A stretch of 64,000 nucleotides of DNA from a virus (Duplodnaviria > Caudoviricetes), in the IMG/VR virus record IMGVR_UViG_3300013121_000022, positions 32,001 through 96,000 of that record, one strand, 5' to 3'. Under the pieces are notes generated by a model. That model was not told where the DNA came from, did not search any database, and worked only from the letters and a program-made list of their open reading frames with translations. Positions 19,122 to 28,759 of this stretch are shown piece after piece. Each line of letters starts with the position of its first letter. Within the stretch, counting starts at the first letter, position 1. The translations under genes and the position numbers were made by a program.

Positions 19122-19747
19122 TGAAAAAACCAGATGATTTAGAATGGGACTTTACAGTTGTCAAGCCCAAGAAAAAAACAAATCTTAAAAAAGCAGTCGC
19201 TCAAGCACTTGAAGTCAACAAGCATTTGCCGGGACAGCACGATCAATCAAGTCATGCTGGTAATCGAGCTAAAGCAAAAATGTTTGATCGGACGCAGTTT
19301 TCAAACCATGATGAAAATTCTTTTAAGCAAGTAGCCAAAAAAAACCAAGAGAAGTTTGCCAAACTTTCATCAGTAGAAAAAGGCAGTCTCATTAGACAGT
19401 GGGCGAATAACAACCCGCATCAATTGTTCAAAACGTTAGCTGCTTTTTTGGATAACAACAATCAGTCCACTCTATCGGGAATCGTGGATAAAATGGCGAG
19501 TCATTATCCCGACATACATGATACAGTTGGAAACACCGCAAACGGCATGTTTCATATCGCCGGACGTGACGCCTTAGAACTGGATACATACCACAGAACA
19601 CTCGATCCTGACGTTGAGCGAGAGGGTATTGTACAACTCATAAGCCGAACAGGAAGCAACCCAAGCGATGTGTTTAGATCGGCATTTGGTCAAGCACAAC
19701 TCACCGTTCAGGATCGAAATTGGCTTGATAAAAAGTTGTCATGGTAA
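19121..19747 (+). CDS. Tagged cargo protein, unknown domain
   Basis: KHLPGQHDQSSH at 19220. Confidence 0.65.
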   Translation: MKKPDDLEWDFTVVKPKKKTNLKKAVAQALEVNKHLPGQHDQSSHAGNRAKAKMFDRTQFSNHDENSFKQVAKKNQEKFAKLSSVEKGSLIRQWANNNPHQLFKTLAAFLDNNNQSTLSGIVDKMASHYPDIHDTVGNTANGMFHIAGRDALELDTYHRTLDPDVEREGIVQLISRTGSNPSDVFRSAFGQAQLTVQDRNWLDKKLSW

Positions 19748-19853
19748 AACAAAGTCACAACTCAAGAAACAAGTCGAAGAAATTTTACAAAAAGCAGGAA
19801 CGTCAGCCGGAGTAAAAGACTTGGATCAAGAATCCAAGTATCAGGAGTATTAG
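19741..19853 (+). pseudogene. Degraded cargo-leader remnant
   Basis: KSQLKKQVEEILQK nearly duplicates KSPLKKQVEEVLQK in the next ORF; the ATG at 19741 is one base out of frame. Confidence 0.4.
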
Positions 19854-19856
19854 ATT

Positions 19857-20384
19857 ATGGGAAAACATACACCCGAATTTGAAAGGTGTGTAGAATCGGT
19901 CATGGAGTCTGGCAAAGACAAGTCCAGCGCATTCGCTATTTGTACCGCTTCTTTCAAAAAGGCAGGGAAACCAATTTTGAAATCACCACTCAAAAAGCAA
20001 GTTGAAGAAGTTTTGCAGAAACACCCAGGACACCCCGATCAAAAAGTACATGGTCATAAAGGTCGCGGTACATCTCAGAACGAATCGGCAAGTGCAACCA
20101 AACCATCGTCTAATAGCCCCAAGATCATTGAGTGGGAAAAATCGAAAGCAACAATCTCCAAACGAAATGATGGTGGTCACGACGTTGAATACAAGGGCCT
20201 GAAGGTTGAAATCAAACCTCATTCATTGGGCGGATTCATGGCGCACTTTAGACCCCCGCCAATTGGCGGCAAAAAATCGAATGAAATAACTTCAATGAGA
20301 CTCAACGGGCAAGACAATTTATTGCAATGGGCAAAAAGCACTCTTATTGAGTTCAGTCGAAACAATTTGTACGATAAAGACTAA
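19857..20384 (+). CDS. Tagged cargo protein with N-terminal two-helix Cys motif
   Basis: FERCV..AFAIC domain; KHPGHPDQKVHG at 20019. Confidence 0.65.
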   Translation: MGKHTPEFERCVESVMESGKDKSSAFAICTASFKKAGKPILKSPLKKQVEEVLQKHPGHPDQKVHGHKGRGTSQNESASATKPSSNSPKIIEWEKSKATISKRNDGGHDVEYKGLKVEIKPHSLGGFMAHFRPPPIGGKKSNEITSMRLNGQDNLLQWAKSTLIEFSRNNLYDKD

Positions 20385-20415
20385 TACGCATCACTTAGCA
20401 GAAAGGCTAAACAAC

Positions 20416-21417
20416 ATGTTTTCAGTAGTCATCCCCGTTGGGGGAGGCAGGATGAAAAACCTGCAAAACGTTTTACATAGTTTGACCCTGCAAACATTCA
20501 AGGATTTTGAGGTAATAGTTGTCAATGACGGATCGAGCGACGATATTTTGTCGGTGTGCAATCTCTTTCCAACCCTAGATGTTGACTATGTGTATGGAAA
20601 AAAATTCGAGATCGGTAAGGATATTCCGCCACGCAATAAAGGGGCACGACTCGCTCGTTATCCATTCTTGATTTTTCTGGACTCTGACGTAATCTTGGAC
20701 AAGCAGGCAATGGAGTTTTACGCCGAAGACTTTGACAAAAACCCGATTGGAATTGTGGCCGGACTATACGACTGGTTGTTCCCCTGTCGCATTGGCCCTG
20801 ACGAAATCGAACGAGGTCTTGATTCGATCTATCACATTGACGGTGATCACTTGGTGATGGACATCAAAATGCAAGACTGGCCGAAAGGTCATCAAACTCA
20901 TAATGCCTGTCGAGATATGCGGCGACCCATGTTTATGGAAACAAACCCGTCAGTGGTATATACTGGCCCAGGCAACATGAATGTTTATCTTGGAATGTTT
21001 TCCGGAAACTTGGGATTTGCGGCCAAGACATTTTGGGGCGCGGGTGGATATTGGGATTCGCTTACTCCGGGCATTGTGGACGATGGCGCATTTGGATTGA
21101 CTAATTGGGTATTAAGCGCCAAGCGTGATGATACCGGACGATTACTGACAGATGAAAACGGCGAACCAATTCCCGATCCAATGTTTGGCGTTAGATTGGA
21201 TAAGCGCATTCGCGGAGCGCATCAATACCATGATCGCAACGTGCAATTCGTGCAAGTCACATCCACGCGAGAAGTAGATTTAATCAATCGCAGATTTCGA
21301 CTGGAAAAATACGCGGATGGTGGAATTCCGATTATTCCAAAACCAGTTTATGAACTAACTCGTGAAGCTCAGGTTTCATGGGGAGTAGATAAGTGGGAAA
21401 AAAGATGGGACAAGTAA
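20416..21417 (+). CDS. Glycosyltransferase family 2
   Basis: FSVVIP..EVIVVNDGSSD..RNKG..IFLDSD. Confidence 0.88.
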   Translation: MFSVVIPVGGGRMKNLQNVLHSLTLQTFKDFEVIVVNDGSSDDILSVCNLFPTLDVDYVYGKKFEIGKDIPPRNKGARLARYPFLIFLDSDVILDKQAMEFYAEDFDKNPIGIVAGLYDWLFPCRIGPDEIERGLDSIYHIDGDHLVMDIKMQDWPKGHQTHNACRDMRRPMFMETNPSVVYTGPGNMNVYLGMFSGNLGFAAKTFWGAGGYWDSLTPGIVDDGAFGLTNWVLSAKRDDTGRLLTDENGEPIPDPMFGVRLDKRIRGAHQYHDRNVQFVQVTSTREVDLINRRFRLEKYADGGIPIIPKPVYELTREAQVSWGVDKWEKRWDK

Positions 21418-21593
21418 GAACATTTTGTTACAACTGCAAACAATGGGGAGATGTTGAGGCCAATGCACCGGACGAAGTATATTGTCAATGGTGTTTGGCT
21501 ACATCCGCTGTCGTTGTTTATCCATTGTACAAATGGCATTCCGAAATGATTCCAAGAATGTCATTTTGGGGCATTCTGAAATTCAGGTGGTAA
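21393..21593 (+). CDS. Small zinc-ribbon protein
   Basis: Two CxxC motifs. Confidence 0.4.
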   Translation: MGKKMGQVRTFCYNCKQWGDVEANAPDEVYCQWCLATSAVVVYPLYKWHSEMIPRMSFWGILKFRW

Positions 21594-21649
21594 GTGATAA
21601 CCTGATAAAATAATGGAACACGTAGGTTTATAAATACAGGAGATTCAAT

Positions 21650-21976
21650 ATGCCCGGACAAGTTAATACATTTGCAAAGTTAGCCCTTGCAATCGACAAA
21701 GGTACAAAAGGTGGAAACCTGACTGATAAAGAAATCGCAGACGCTTTGCGTGATATTGCGGCCTTTATCGGGGTTACTGGAGTGGGACAACAGACCAGTA
21801 ACGTGGTTCTGGACACAGCTACCGCACCCACAGATGCCCTTGTGCAAGCTTCGTTAGGCGGATTGGAAGTTTATGACGGACAAGAAGTTTATGTTCGCAA
21901 TTCTTCAAACAACGCCCAACTGAAAAAGTGGCGTCGTCACGCTGGATCGTGGTTAGCGGTTGTCGCCGCTCCATAA
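21650..21976 (+). CDS. Hypothetical protein (possible virion protein)
   Basis: Strong AGGAG RBS and its own terminator; small and Ala/Gly-rich. Confidence 0.55.
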   Translation: MPGQVNTFAKLALAIDKGTKGGNLTDKEIADALRDIAAFIGVTGVGQQTSNVVLDTATAPTDALVQASLGGLEVYDGQEVYVRNSSNNAQLKKWRRHAGSWLAVVAAP

Positions 21977-21991
21977 CATTTGGCCTCTATC

Positions 21992-22018
21992 AAAAGGGGG
22001 AGATTGACTCCCCCTTTT
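21992..22018 (+). terminator. Intrinsic terminator
   Basis: AAAAGGGGGAG..CTCCCCCTTTT. Confidence 0.75.
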
Positions 22019-22026
22019 CAATTCCT

Positions 22027-22479
22027 ATGGATTGGTCTGTCTTTATTGAACGCGTCGGAGTGCCGATAGCAATTCTATTTGCTATTGGAATGTTCATATA
22101 CTTCAAGGCATGGCCTTTCTTAACTCAACAAATCATATCGTTCAACAAAGAACGAACAGACGAACGTAAAAATCAAATCAAAGAACGCGAAGATTTTATC
22201 AGCGCTCTGCATCAAATTACCCATGAACGTTCAGTTGAAAATACTCGCATTCAAGAATTCTTGAGTCTGGTAGAGCGAGAACGAGAAGGCAACACCAAAA
22301 TATCTCAATCAGTCGAAAACTTGGCAATACACATTCGAGAAATGGACGAATCAAAACGTATTCGCGATGAAAAAATTGCAGAGATATTGACCGACCTAAC
22401 GGTTAGTGTCAGGCAGCTTAGCGAACAAATTTCGGCACAAACAAAAACTAAAAGGAAAACAAGGAATGCTGATAAGTGA
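22027..22479 (+). CDS. Holin-like membrane protein (one TM helix plus coiled coil)
   Basis: MDWSVFIERVGVPIAILFAIGMFIY followed by a coiled coil. Confidence 0.45.
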   Translation: MDWSVFIERVGVPIAILFAIGMFIYFKAWPFLTQQIISFNKERTDERKNQIKEREDFISALHQITHERSVENTRIQEFLSLVEREREGNTKISQSVENLAIHIREMDESKRIRDEKIAEILTDLTVSVRQLSEQISAQTKTKRKTRNADK

Positions 22480-22924
22480 ATTAGTAATAATTCAATGGAT
22501 TAGAGAAAGTCGAGCAATGATAGGAATTGCTCATGGGTTGATTGGGTTTTTGATCGCGCTTAGATTAGCAACATGGGACAAAAGCGAAAACACTAACAGA
22601 AGCAAATACTTAATTTTATTATTAGTGGGTATTGGACTGTCGGGTGTAATAGAAGGCATATCGTTGATCATCGGACAATCCTTAGATCGTCAAACGCTTG
22701 GCGTTATTCCTCAAGTCTTTTTGCTTGTGTCAGGATTGTTCGACCTAATCCCAACGATGATTTACACCCTTTATATTTTTGGAATTGTAAATGGAGTTGC
22801 ACCATATTCAAACAAGATCATGGAAGAACGAATTTACGAATTCCTGCATAAAGAAATAGAAAAAGTAGTCGATCAAAGGATCGAAGAAAGAACAGCTAAA
22901 CAAGATGAAACTCGATCTGTGTAG
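22466..22924 (+). CDS. Multi-pass membrane protein
   Basis: Three hydrophobic segments. Confidence 0.55.
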   Translation: MLISELVIIQWIRESRAMIGIAHGLIGFLIALRLATWDKSENTNRSKYLILLLVGIGLSGVIEGISLIIGQSLDRQTLGVIPQVFLLVSGLFDLIPTMIYTLYIFGIVNGVAPYSNKIMEERIYEFLHKEIEKVVDQRIEERTAKQDETRSV

Positions 22925-23477
22925 CGGAACTGCCGCACCACAACGCAAACGCGAGGGTTACACAACAATTGATGCCAGACCTTTTGATGGGGTTGATTTC
23001 GTGTGCGAACTCGGATCAGCCCCATTGCCTTTTGCGGATAATTCATTTACGGAAATTCGAGCACATGACGCTTTGGAGCACATTCGGGATGGATTTTTTG
23101 AGCTCATGGATGAATGTTGGCGAGTAATGCAACCGAAAGGCATATTCGATATTCATGTACCGCGCTTTCCGTCTCCAGCAGCTATCATGCATCCTGAACA
23201 TTGCCAGTATTTTGTGGGCGAACAAGATGCCATTCCGTTTGCCAAAGCCTTAGCACCACTTATCAATCGTGAGATAGATCGACTATTTTGTATTCATAGT
23301 TGGGCGTTTTTTCTTCCATCTGCCGATGGGATCGATCCGCATGGATACCTCAAGGGGTTCTGGCATCTTGTCAGTCAACGAGAAATCGACAGTCACATTC
23401 AAGTAAAGCTAACCCCCAATAAACCCAACGGTTTATTTCCATACAAACATATCATTCGCAAAGACACGATTCTTTAA
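22905..23477 (+). CDS. SAM-dependent methyltransferase
   Basis: KLDLCSG, LPFADNS, LEHI, ECWRVMQPKG. Confidence 0.8.
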   Translation: MKLDLCSGTAAPQRKREGYTTIDARPFDGVDFVCELGSAPLPFADNSFTEIRAHDALEHIRDGFFELMDECWRVMQPKGIFDIHVPRFPSPAAIMHPEHCQYFVGEQDAIPFAKALAPLINREIDRLFCIHSWAFFLPSADGIDPHGYLKGFWHLVSQREIDSHIQVKLTPNKPNGLFPYKHIIRKDTIL

Positions 23478-23538
23478 TATTCACAATCTTGAAGTAATGT
23501 GTTAAAGTCGATAATCCTAATCAAAAAAAGAGACAATT

Positions 23539-24363
23539 ATGAATTCACTTCCTCCATTGGTTGTTGTAATTGGCGATACCCACTATGGTTCGGCGGTAGC
23601 AAGTTGTACTCCCACTTATGAATTAAGACCCGGACACGTTGTAAACTGTAATGCCCTTAACGCTTGGTTGTATTCACGTTGGTGTAGCTTTTGGGAGTCC
23701 ACAGTTATGCCGCAGATCGTGGATCGGCAAGGTAAAAAACTCAGACAATTATTTGTCTTTCACAATGGCGACATCATCGATGGGATTCATCATGGCGGGA
23801 ATGAACTCATCGTTCGCTCCCTGAGCGGTCAGAAGAAAATCGCACTCGCTCATCTTACTCCAATAAAACAATACGCAGACTGGATTGGAATGACCAAAGG
23901 AACGGAAGCTCATGACACCGACGAACATGAGGCCGCGACTGGTATTGCCGACTCGCTAAACGTTGACGAATACGATCAGCGACTACGTGTATGGGTGGGC
24001 GACATTCTTATTGATGTTGCACATCATGGGCGATCCAAATCAAGTCCCTGGACATCCTCAGCCGCCAATCTGGTATCTAAAGTTGTAATGGATTGTGCGC
24101 TTTATGATGAGGAAATTCCTCACTACATCTTTCGCGGACATCGCCATGTGGTAGACGATTCGGGCTTGCAATTTGACAGGGTTCGTGCTATTATCTGTCC
24201 TGCATGGCAGCTATCCAATAACTTTGCATGGAAGGTTGCCACAGAAACAAGACCTGATATTGGAGGAGTCATAATTGATGGCAAAAAAACCTGTGAAATT
24301 GTTCGGTATGTCGCAAAACGAAATCCGCCAACAAGACCAAGTATCCGAGAAAAATCTTCTTGA
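23539..24363 (+). CDS. Calcineurin-like metallophosphoesterase
   Basis: GDTH, GDIIDG, GTEAH, HHG, GHRH. Confidence 0.8.
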   Translation: MNSLPPLVVVIGDTHYGSAVASCTPTYELRPGHVVNCNALNAWLYSRWCSFWESTVMPQIVDRQGKKLRQLFVFHNGDIIDGIHHGGNELIVRSLSGQKKIALAHLTPIKQYADWIGMTKGTEAHDTDEHEAATGIADSLNVDEYDQRLRVWVGDILIDVAHHGRSKSSPWTSSAANLVSKVVMDCALYDEEIPHYIFRGHRHVVDDSGLQFDRVRAIICPAWQLSNNFAWKVATETRPDIGGVIIDGKKTCEIVRYVAKRNPPTRPSIREKSS

Positions 24364-24613
24364 CGAGCTAGTGTCAATTTTTAGGCCAGAGCGCCAAACA
24401 AAAGACGATGTGACAATCAACGAATTAGCGTCTAAAACCGGACGATCAAAAGATTTTCTGAGACGAGAACTAGATAAATTGGTTGACGCCGAACAACTAA
24501 CGTCTTTTGAGGGTATAGCCAACACAGGGCGAACAACCACTATTTACAGGCGAATCAAGGGGAAAAAAGTCGACTTTTCCGTTTTGCAAGCACCACCCAA
24601 GAAAAAGAAATAA
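24275..24613 (+). CDS. Winged-helix DNA-binding protein
   Basis: TINELASKTGRS..LRRELDKLV; exact start uncertain. Confidence 0.5.
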   Translation: MMAKKPVKLFGMSQNEIRQQDQVSEKNLLDELVSIFRPERQTKDDVTINELASKTGRSKDFLRRELDKLVDAEQLTSFEGIANTGRTTTIYRRIKGKKVDFSVLQAPPKKKK

Positions 24614-24615
24614 CA

Positions 24616-24933
24616 ATGCCCCTACAAACCCCTACAACCGTTGATCCACGCGATGGACGTTATTATGTGTCTGTAGTCGATGGAAAGCGCTTTACACTGC
24701 TTCTAGGGCCATTCCAGAGGCATCAGGACGCACTAAACAGAGTAGACGAATGTTATCAGCTGGCCTGTAAACTCAATTCGTGGGCGCATTTCTATGCATA
24801 CGGAACTGTTAGAATGGATGACAATTTCACTCTGGCAGGCAAATTCAATGACCTTTTGAAGTACAAGCCGCCTGACTATACAATCGGATCGGCACAGATC
24901 AAAAACAACAAAAAAGCCTCTCGCAAAAAGTGA
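24616..24933 (+). CDS. Hypothetical protein
   Basis: Closely coupled ORF ending at a terminator. Confidence 0.55.
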   Translation: MPLQTPTTVDPRDGRYYVSVVDGKRFTLLLGPFQRHQDALNRVDECYQLACKLNSWAHFYAYGTVRMDDNFTLAGKFNDLLKYKPPDYTIGSAQIKNNKKASRKK

Positions 24934-24945
24934 GAGGCTTTTTTT
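24911..24945. terminator. Bidirectional intrinsic terminator
   Basis: AAAAAGCCTCTC..GAGAGGCTTTTTT. Confidence 0.75.
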
Positions 24946-24961
24946 ATTCGTGTATTTCACG

Positions 24962-25717
24962 TTACTCGACTTTTGGTGAAATTCCTTGATTCATACCAGT
25001 GTCAATAAACATTCGGATACTGGTAAATAAATCGTTAGGATTGGTCAAATCTCCTGAATCGTCCATCAAATCCATGAGCCAGAACTGCAATGGCTTGACG
25101 ATCAAAGCGGTTCGACTGAACTTCACGCGGGGAGCGGCAAGTTCATACAACTCTCTCTCGAAAACATCAAAATTGGGAATCTCAAAATCTGGATCGCGCT
25201 GTTTCATGTGTGCATGATTAGCCGAGCAAGACATCATTTGCCCTTCTGGTTGCCCGTTTTCGTTCATCTTCACTCTTGCGGCCTGACCAAAACCACGACA
25301 AATTAATGGACGAGAATCATAAACGGTACACAGGTTGTTATCGCCCAATAAAGGACAGACATGATCAACTTTTCCGATTGCTTCTGTTACTTTACCGATT
25401 GTGTCTCGATCTAAACGCTCACGATCATCAACCGAATCAAATAATTCAGGACTAGCTGCTCGAATAGCATTCACTTGATCTTTAGCTTTTTTGGCTAACG
25501 ATCTTCTGTCGGCAGGTGTCCAGTCTTGAATGCGACTCCAGATCAATTCCATTTCAATCCAAGTCAACATTGCTTGCAACGAATGCCGACAACAATCAGC
25601 GTTTCCATCGCAACATCCCTTTTGGTTACACAAAAACCAGTCAGGGGCTTGTAATCGCTGGTCGACTTGGGCAAAAAAATCACGCGATTCTTCAATCGTC
25701 GGCAAAAAACTATTCAT
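24962..25717 (-). CDS. YkgJ/CxxCxxCC cysteine-cluster protein
   Basis: C..GCC..CC, CPLL...C.VY..RPLICR. Confidence 0.8.
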   Translation of the reverse strand: MNSFLPTIEESRDFFAQVDQRLQAPDWFLCNQKGCCDGNADCCRHSLQAMLTWIEMELIWSRIQDWTPADRRSLAKKAKDQVNAIRAASPELFDSVDDRERLDRDTIGKVTEAIGKVDHVCPLLGDNNLCTVYDSRPLICRGFGQAARVKMNENGQPEGQMMSCSANHAHMKQRDPDFEIPNFDVFERELYELAAPRVKFSRTALIVKPLQFWLMDLMDDSGDLTNPNDLFTSIRMFIDTGMNQGISPKVE

Positions 25718-26120
25718 CTTTCAACCATCCTTTTTCTTTGGCTATACCAAGATAATATACCCACAGCCTATCGGTGTATATATATCCATGATACTTCATC
25801 ATTAGCGGCAACCAAAACTCAGGCTTACAGTCATAATCCATGTGATGCGCCCGACACGTCCCAACCAAATTACGCGGGTTATGCAAAATGTTGAAATTGC
25901 TTTCTCCGGGAAGTCTTGAGCGCGGGATCACATGATTGTAATCGTCAATACGACCTGTTCCCATGCCGCCATTTAGCAACGGAATGCCTTCTAAACAGGC
26001 AATACACCTACCCAAAATTCTGAACGACGAATCCCTGTGCTGAGAATCTTGAATAGCCGCCGAAAGAATACTGTTTTCGCGCAAGCGACGTTCTTTTTTG
26101 GGTTTAGATGTTTTGATCAT
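25710..26120 (-). CDS. HNH endonuclease
   Basis: CIAC..HVIPRS..NL..TCRAHH. Confidence 0.7.
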   Translation of the reverse strand: MIKTSKPKKERRLRENSILSAAIQDSQHRDSSFRILGRCIACLEGIPLLNGGMGTGRIDDYNHVIPRSRLPGESNFNILHNPRNLVGTCRAHHMDYDCKPEFWLPLMMKYHGYIYTDRLWVYYLGIAKEKGWLKDE

Positions 26121-26311
26121 TGAACTTGATCGGGAATATGTTTCACAACTTCAACATTGATAGGCAGCTCGTCATCTTCTGAACCGCCGAACATGATCTT
26201 GTCATTGACTAATGTGTTGCCGTTGTTTAAGTTGTCAATGTCTTGTTGAGTTAAAACAACCTTGAGAGTTGCGGCATTGCCATTCTGAGGGTAAACTTTT
26301 ACAATATCCAT
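26117..26311 (-). CDS. Hypothetical protein
   Basis: Short ORF whose stop overlaps the HNH start. Confidence 0.45.
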   Translation of the reverse strand: MDIVKVYPQNGNAATLKVVLTQQDIDNLNNGNTLVNDKIMFGGSEDDELPINVEVVKHIPDQVQ

Positions 26312-26323
26312 GATCGTCTTTCT

Positions 26324-26359
26324 AAAAAGTGGGTTACACCATTGCGATGTAACCCACTT
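26324..26359 (-). terminator. Intrinsic terminator
   Basis: AAGTGGGTTACA..TGTAACCCACTT with a T-run on the - strand. Confidence 0.6.
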
Positions 26360-26377
26360 GATTTCATTTGAAGCAGA

Positions 26378-26998
26378 TTACAAGATGACTGATTTGCCAG
26401 ACATTTCAGCCAGAGTCTCGATACGAGACTTCACTACTTTGGCCTCATCCGGTGACAATTCAGAAACCTTACGACTCTCTCCATCCGGCAATTTCAGCGC
26501 CTTACGCACCAACTCAGCTGCTTTGACCGGAACTTCTTCTTCGGGCACATCCGAGAACAACGTCCTGATTGCGGTACGAATCAATTCCGCTTCCTCTGCG
26601 CTGATCAATTGCTTGGGAGCGGGGCGAATGTCGTTGATCATCCACATTGGATCACCAGCATTCTTGCTTTTCGCGCCTTTGACTCCATGTTTTGATTCGA
26701 TTTCGACTAAGCAGTCGACAGGTTCAATCTCGTCATCGAAAGTAACGCCTTCTGGAAGTTCGGCCAATCCGCGACAAGCGGCAATCAACTTCGCAATCAA
26801 ATGCTTGGTTGGGATACCGCCGCTTTTAGGAACTGACAACCATGCGTTCCACTGAGATTTATCGGACATCAAACGCAGAGTTAATCCCAATTGTGTTCCA
26901 TATTGGGTGTCCTTGCGAGTTGACGCCAAAACCTTGACCAAATGCCAACCTTCCGGCAAGAGTGGATATACGTTTGCGGTGCTTTGTGTTTGAGCCAT
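26378..26998 (-). CDS. Putative single-stranded DNA-binding protein (DUF669-like OB fold)
   Basis: LLPEGWHLVKV N-terminus typical of phage SSBs. Confidence 0.5.
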   Translation of the reverse strand: MAQTQSTANVYPLLPEGWHLVKVLASTRKDTQYGTQLGLTLRLMSDKSQWNAWLSVPKSGGIPTKHLIAKLIAACRGLAELPEGVTFDDEIEPVDCLVEIESKHGVKGAKSKNAGDPMWMINDIRPAPKQLISAEEAELIRTAIRTLFSDVPEEEVPVKAAELVRKALKLPDGESRKVSELSPDEAKVVKSRIETLAEMSGKSVIL

Positions 26999-27089
26999 TG
27001 TTTATTTTCCTTTTTCAAGAGTAATGTGATGTTTAGTAATAAGATGCAATAAGATTTTGTTCAAGTTTCATTCAATAATTTTATTCCTT

Positions 27090-27902
27090 TCAACGAGAAG
27101 CGTGAAGCATATCGACTAGCATATTGATATGCCTTTTATCTTTTGTAACTACCCGACCCAACTTTACGGGCTTATCATTTACCCATGCTGTCACGCTATC
27201 AGCATCAATGGTTGCACTATCCCATTTATCGTGAAAGATCATAACCAAAGCCCTAGCAACTAGGGGAGTAATTTCATCAAATACCACAACGGGATTTCCC
27301 TTTGAATCAAAAATGGTCTTTCTTCTTGAATCAAAAGTGTACTCTGATTGAATTGTAGACTGTCGATTCTTGTTGTGATCTCGCCAATGGGTATTTTGAA
27401 TTTCAGTAATCTGAGATCGCAAGCGTCCCAATTCTTTCGCCCGACTAGGATCACTTGGAGGCGGAAGAAGTGCTACCGCATTTTCTAAAACTGGCATAGC
27501 AGGTGAAGATGTAACAGATCGCGGCAATTCCGAAAACAAATCAATTTCAGGAACAAGCAATTGTAAATCCACCAACCGAACCAGTCGATTGCGCGTTGCA
27601 TTTCCCACAACCTCACGACCCCATAAGGCCGATGCAATTTCAGGATCACGAATCATTTCGTAAAAATCAGTATAACCCAAACATCGAACTCGTTCGTCAT
27701 CCTGAGAAAACCAAATCAAAATTTCGCGCTGTTTCATGGACAGCGCTTCTTTTTGTTCGCCCATGTTGATCAAGTCGCGCTGTTTACTGGACGCCTCATT
27801 AATCATGGCAGTTGAAAACGTTGTTACCAAAGTTGTTTGGATCATAGAGAGAGTATCCTTGTGGGTGAGTGGCATTTTACGACACTCGCTAAATTTTGTC
27901 AC
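27090..27902 (-). CDS. Hypothetical protein
   Basis: 270-aa ORF in the - strand operon. Confidence 0.6.
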   Translation of the reverse strand: MTKFSECRKMPLTHKDTLSMIQTTLVTTFSTAMINEASSKQRDLINMGEQKEALSMKQREILIWFSQDDERVRCLGYTDFYEMIRDPEIASALWGREVVGNATRNRLVRLVDLQLLVPEIDLFSELPRSVTSSPAMPVLENAVALLPPPSDPSRAKELGRLRSQITEIQNTHWRDHNKNRQSTIQSEYTFDSRRKTIFDSKGNPVVVFDEITPLVARALVMIFHDKWDSATIDADSVTAWVNDKPVKLGRVVTKDKRHINMLVDMLHASR

Positions 27903-27904
27903 TA

Positions 27905-28690
27905 TTAAACTTTTTGAACTTCAAGCCGGATACGTTCTGTCGCAATATCGCAGTACGCTTGGTTGAAATCAATTCCAAGAGCCTGCCGATTATTTTTCAA
28001 CGCCATGACAACGGTTGTGCCTGAACCACAAAATGGATCGAACACAAAATCACCCTCTGCGCTAAAGCACATGATAATGTCTTCGGCCAGTTTATCTGGA
28101 AATGTTGCGGGATGACCAGATTTCACCTTATTGCGTTCGCTGTTTGAAGTAGCATAATGCCAAATCGTCCCGCGACACTTGGTGGGATTGACTGTTTTGG
28201 GTTCAATTTTAGAAAGCGATCCATCGCTATGGCGATCTGTGCCAGAATATGTCTTGCCTGCATGTTTGCTTGGGATCATTATATGACTCTTGTTGAAGAT
28301 TCGTGGTCGTTTTCCCTTAAAGAATATGAAAATAAATTCGTGATCAACTCGAAATCGTTTAGACCACCATGCACCCGGATTACCATCACGAGCGTAGATA
28401 CAGGTTTCAAACATCTTCCAACCAAGATCGACCCAATCCACTGCCAAGCGCATAGATGTCATGGACTTGGCAAAGTCTTTCGTTTGATCACCAATAATCA
28501 CTACGCAGACTCCACCTTCTTTTGTACGACTGAGCAATCGAGTGCCAAATGTTTTGAAATCCATCGGCGGAAGATCGCTGACACCATACGTTCGCAAGTC
28601 GTCGTATTGTGGACTAAAAATTGTAAGATCGATTGAATTTTCAGGTAACGATTGCAGGGCAACTTGACAATCTGCTTTTAGGATGTTCAT
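27905..28690 (-). CDS. N4/N6 DNA methyltransferase (beta class)
   Basis: FSPQY (variant motif IV), HPATFP, DPFCGSGTT. Confidence 0.88.
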   Translation of the reverse strand: MNILKADCQVALQSLPENSIDLTIFSPQYDDLRTYGVSDLPPMDFKTFGTRLLSRTKEGGVCVVIIGDQTKDFAKSMTSMRLAVDWVDLGWKMFETCIYARDGNPGAWWSKRFRVDHEFIFIFFKGKRPRIFNKSHIMIPSKHAGKTYSGTDRHSDGSLSKIEPKTVNPTKCRGTIWHYATSNSERNKVKSGHPATFPDKLAEDIIMCFSAEGDFVFDPFCGSGTTVVMALKNNRQALGIDFNQAYCDIATERIRLEVQKV

Positions 28691-28759
28691 GGATATGGAA
28701 TCAAAACGGCGAATCGATCTGTGCAGATCGATTCGCCGTTTGGGATATGAGATTATTAA

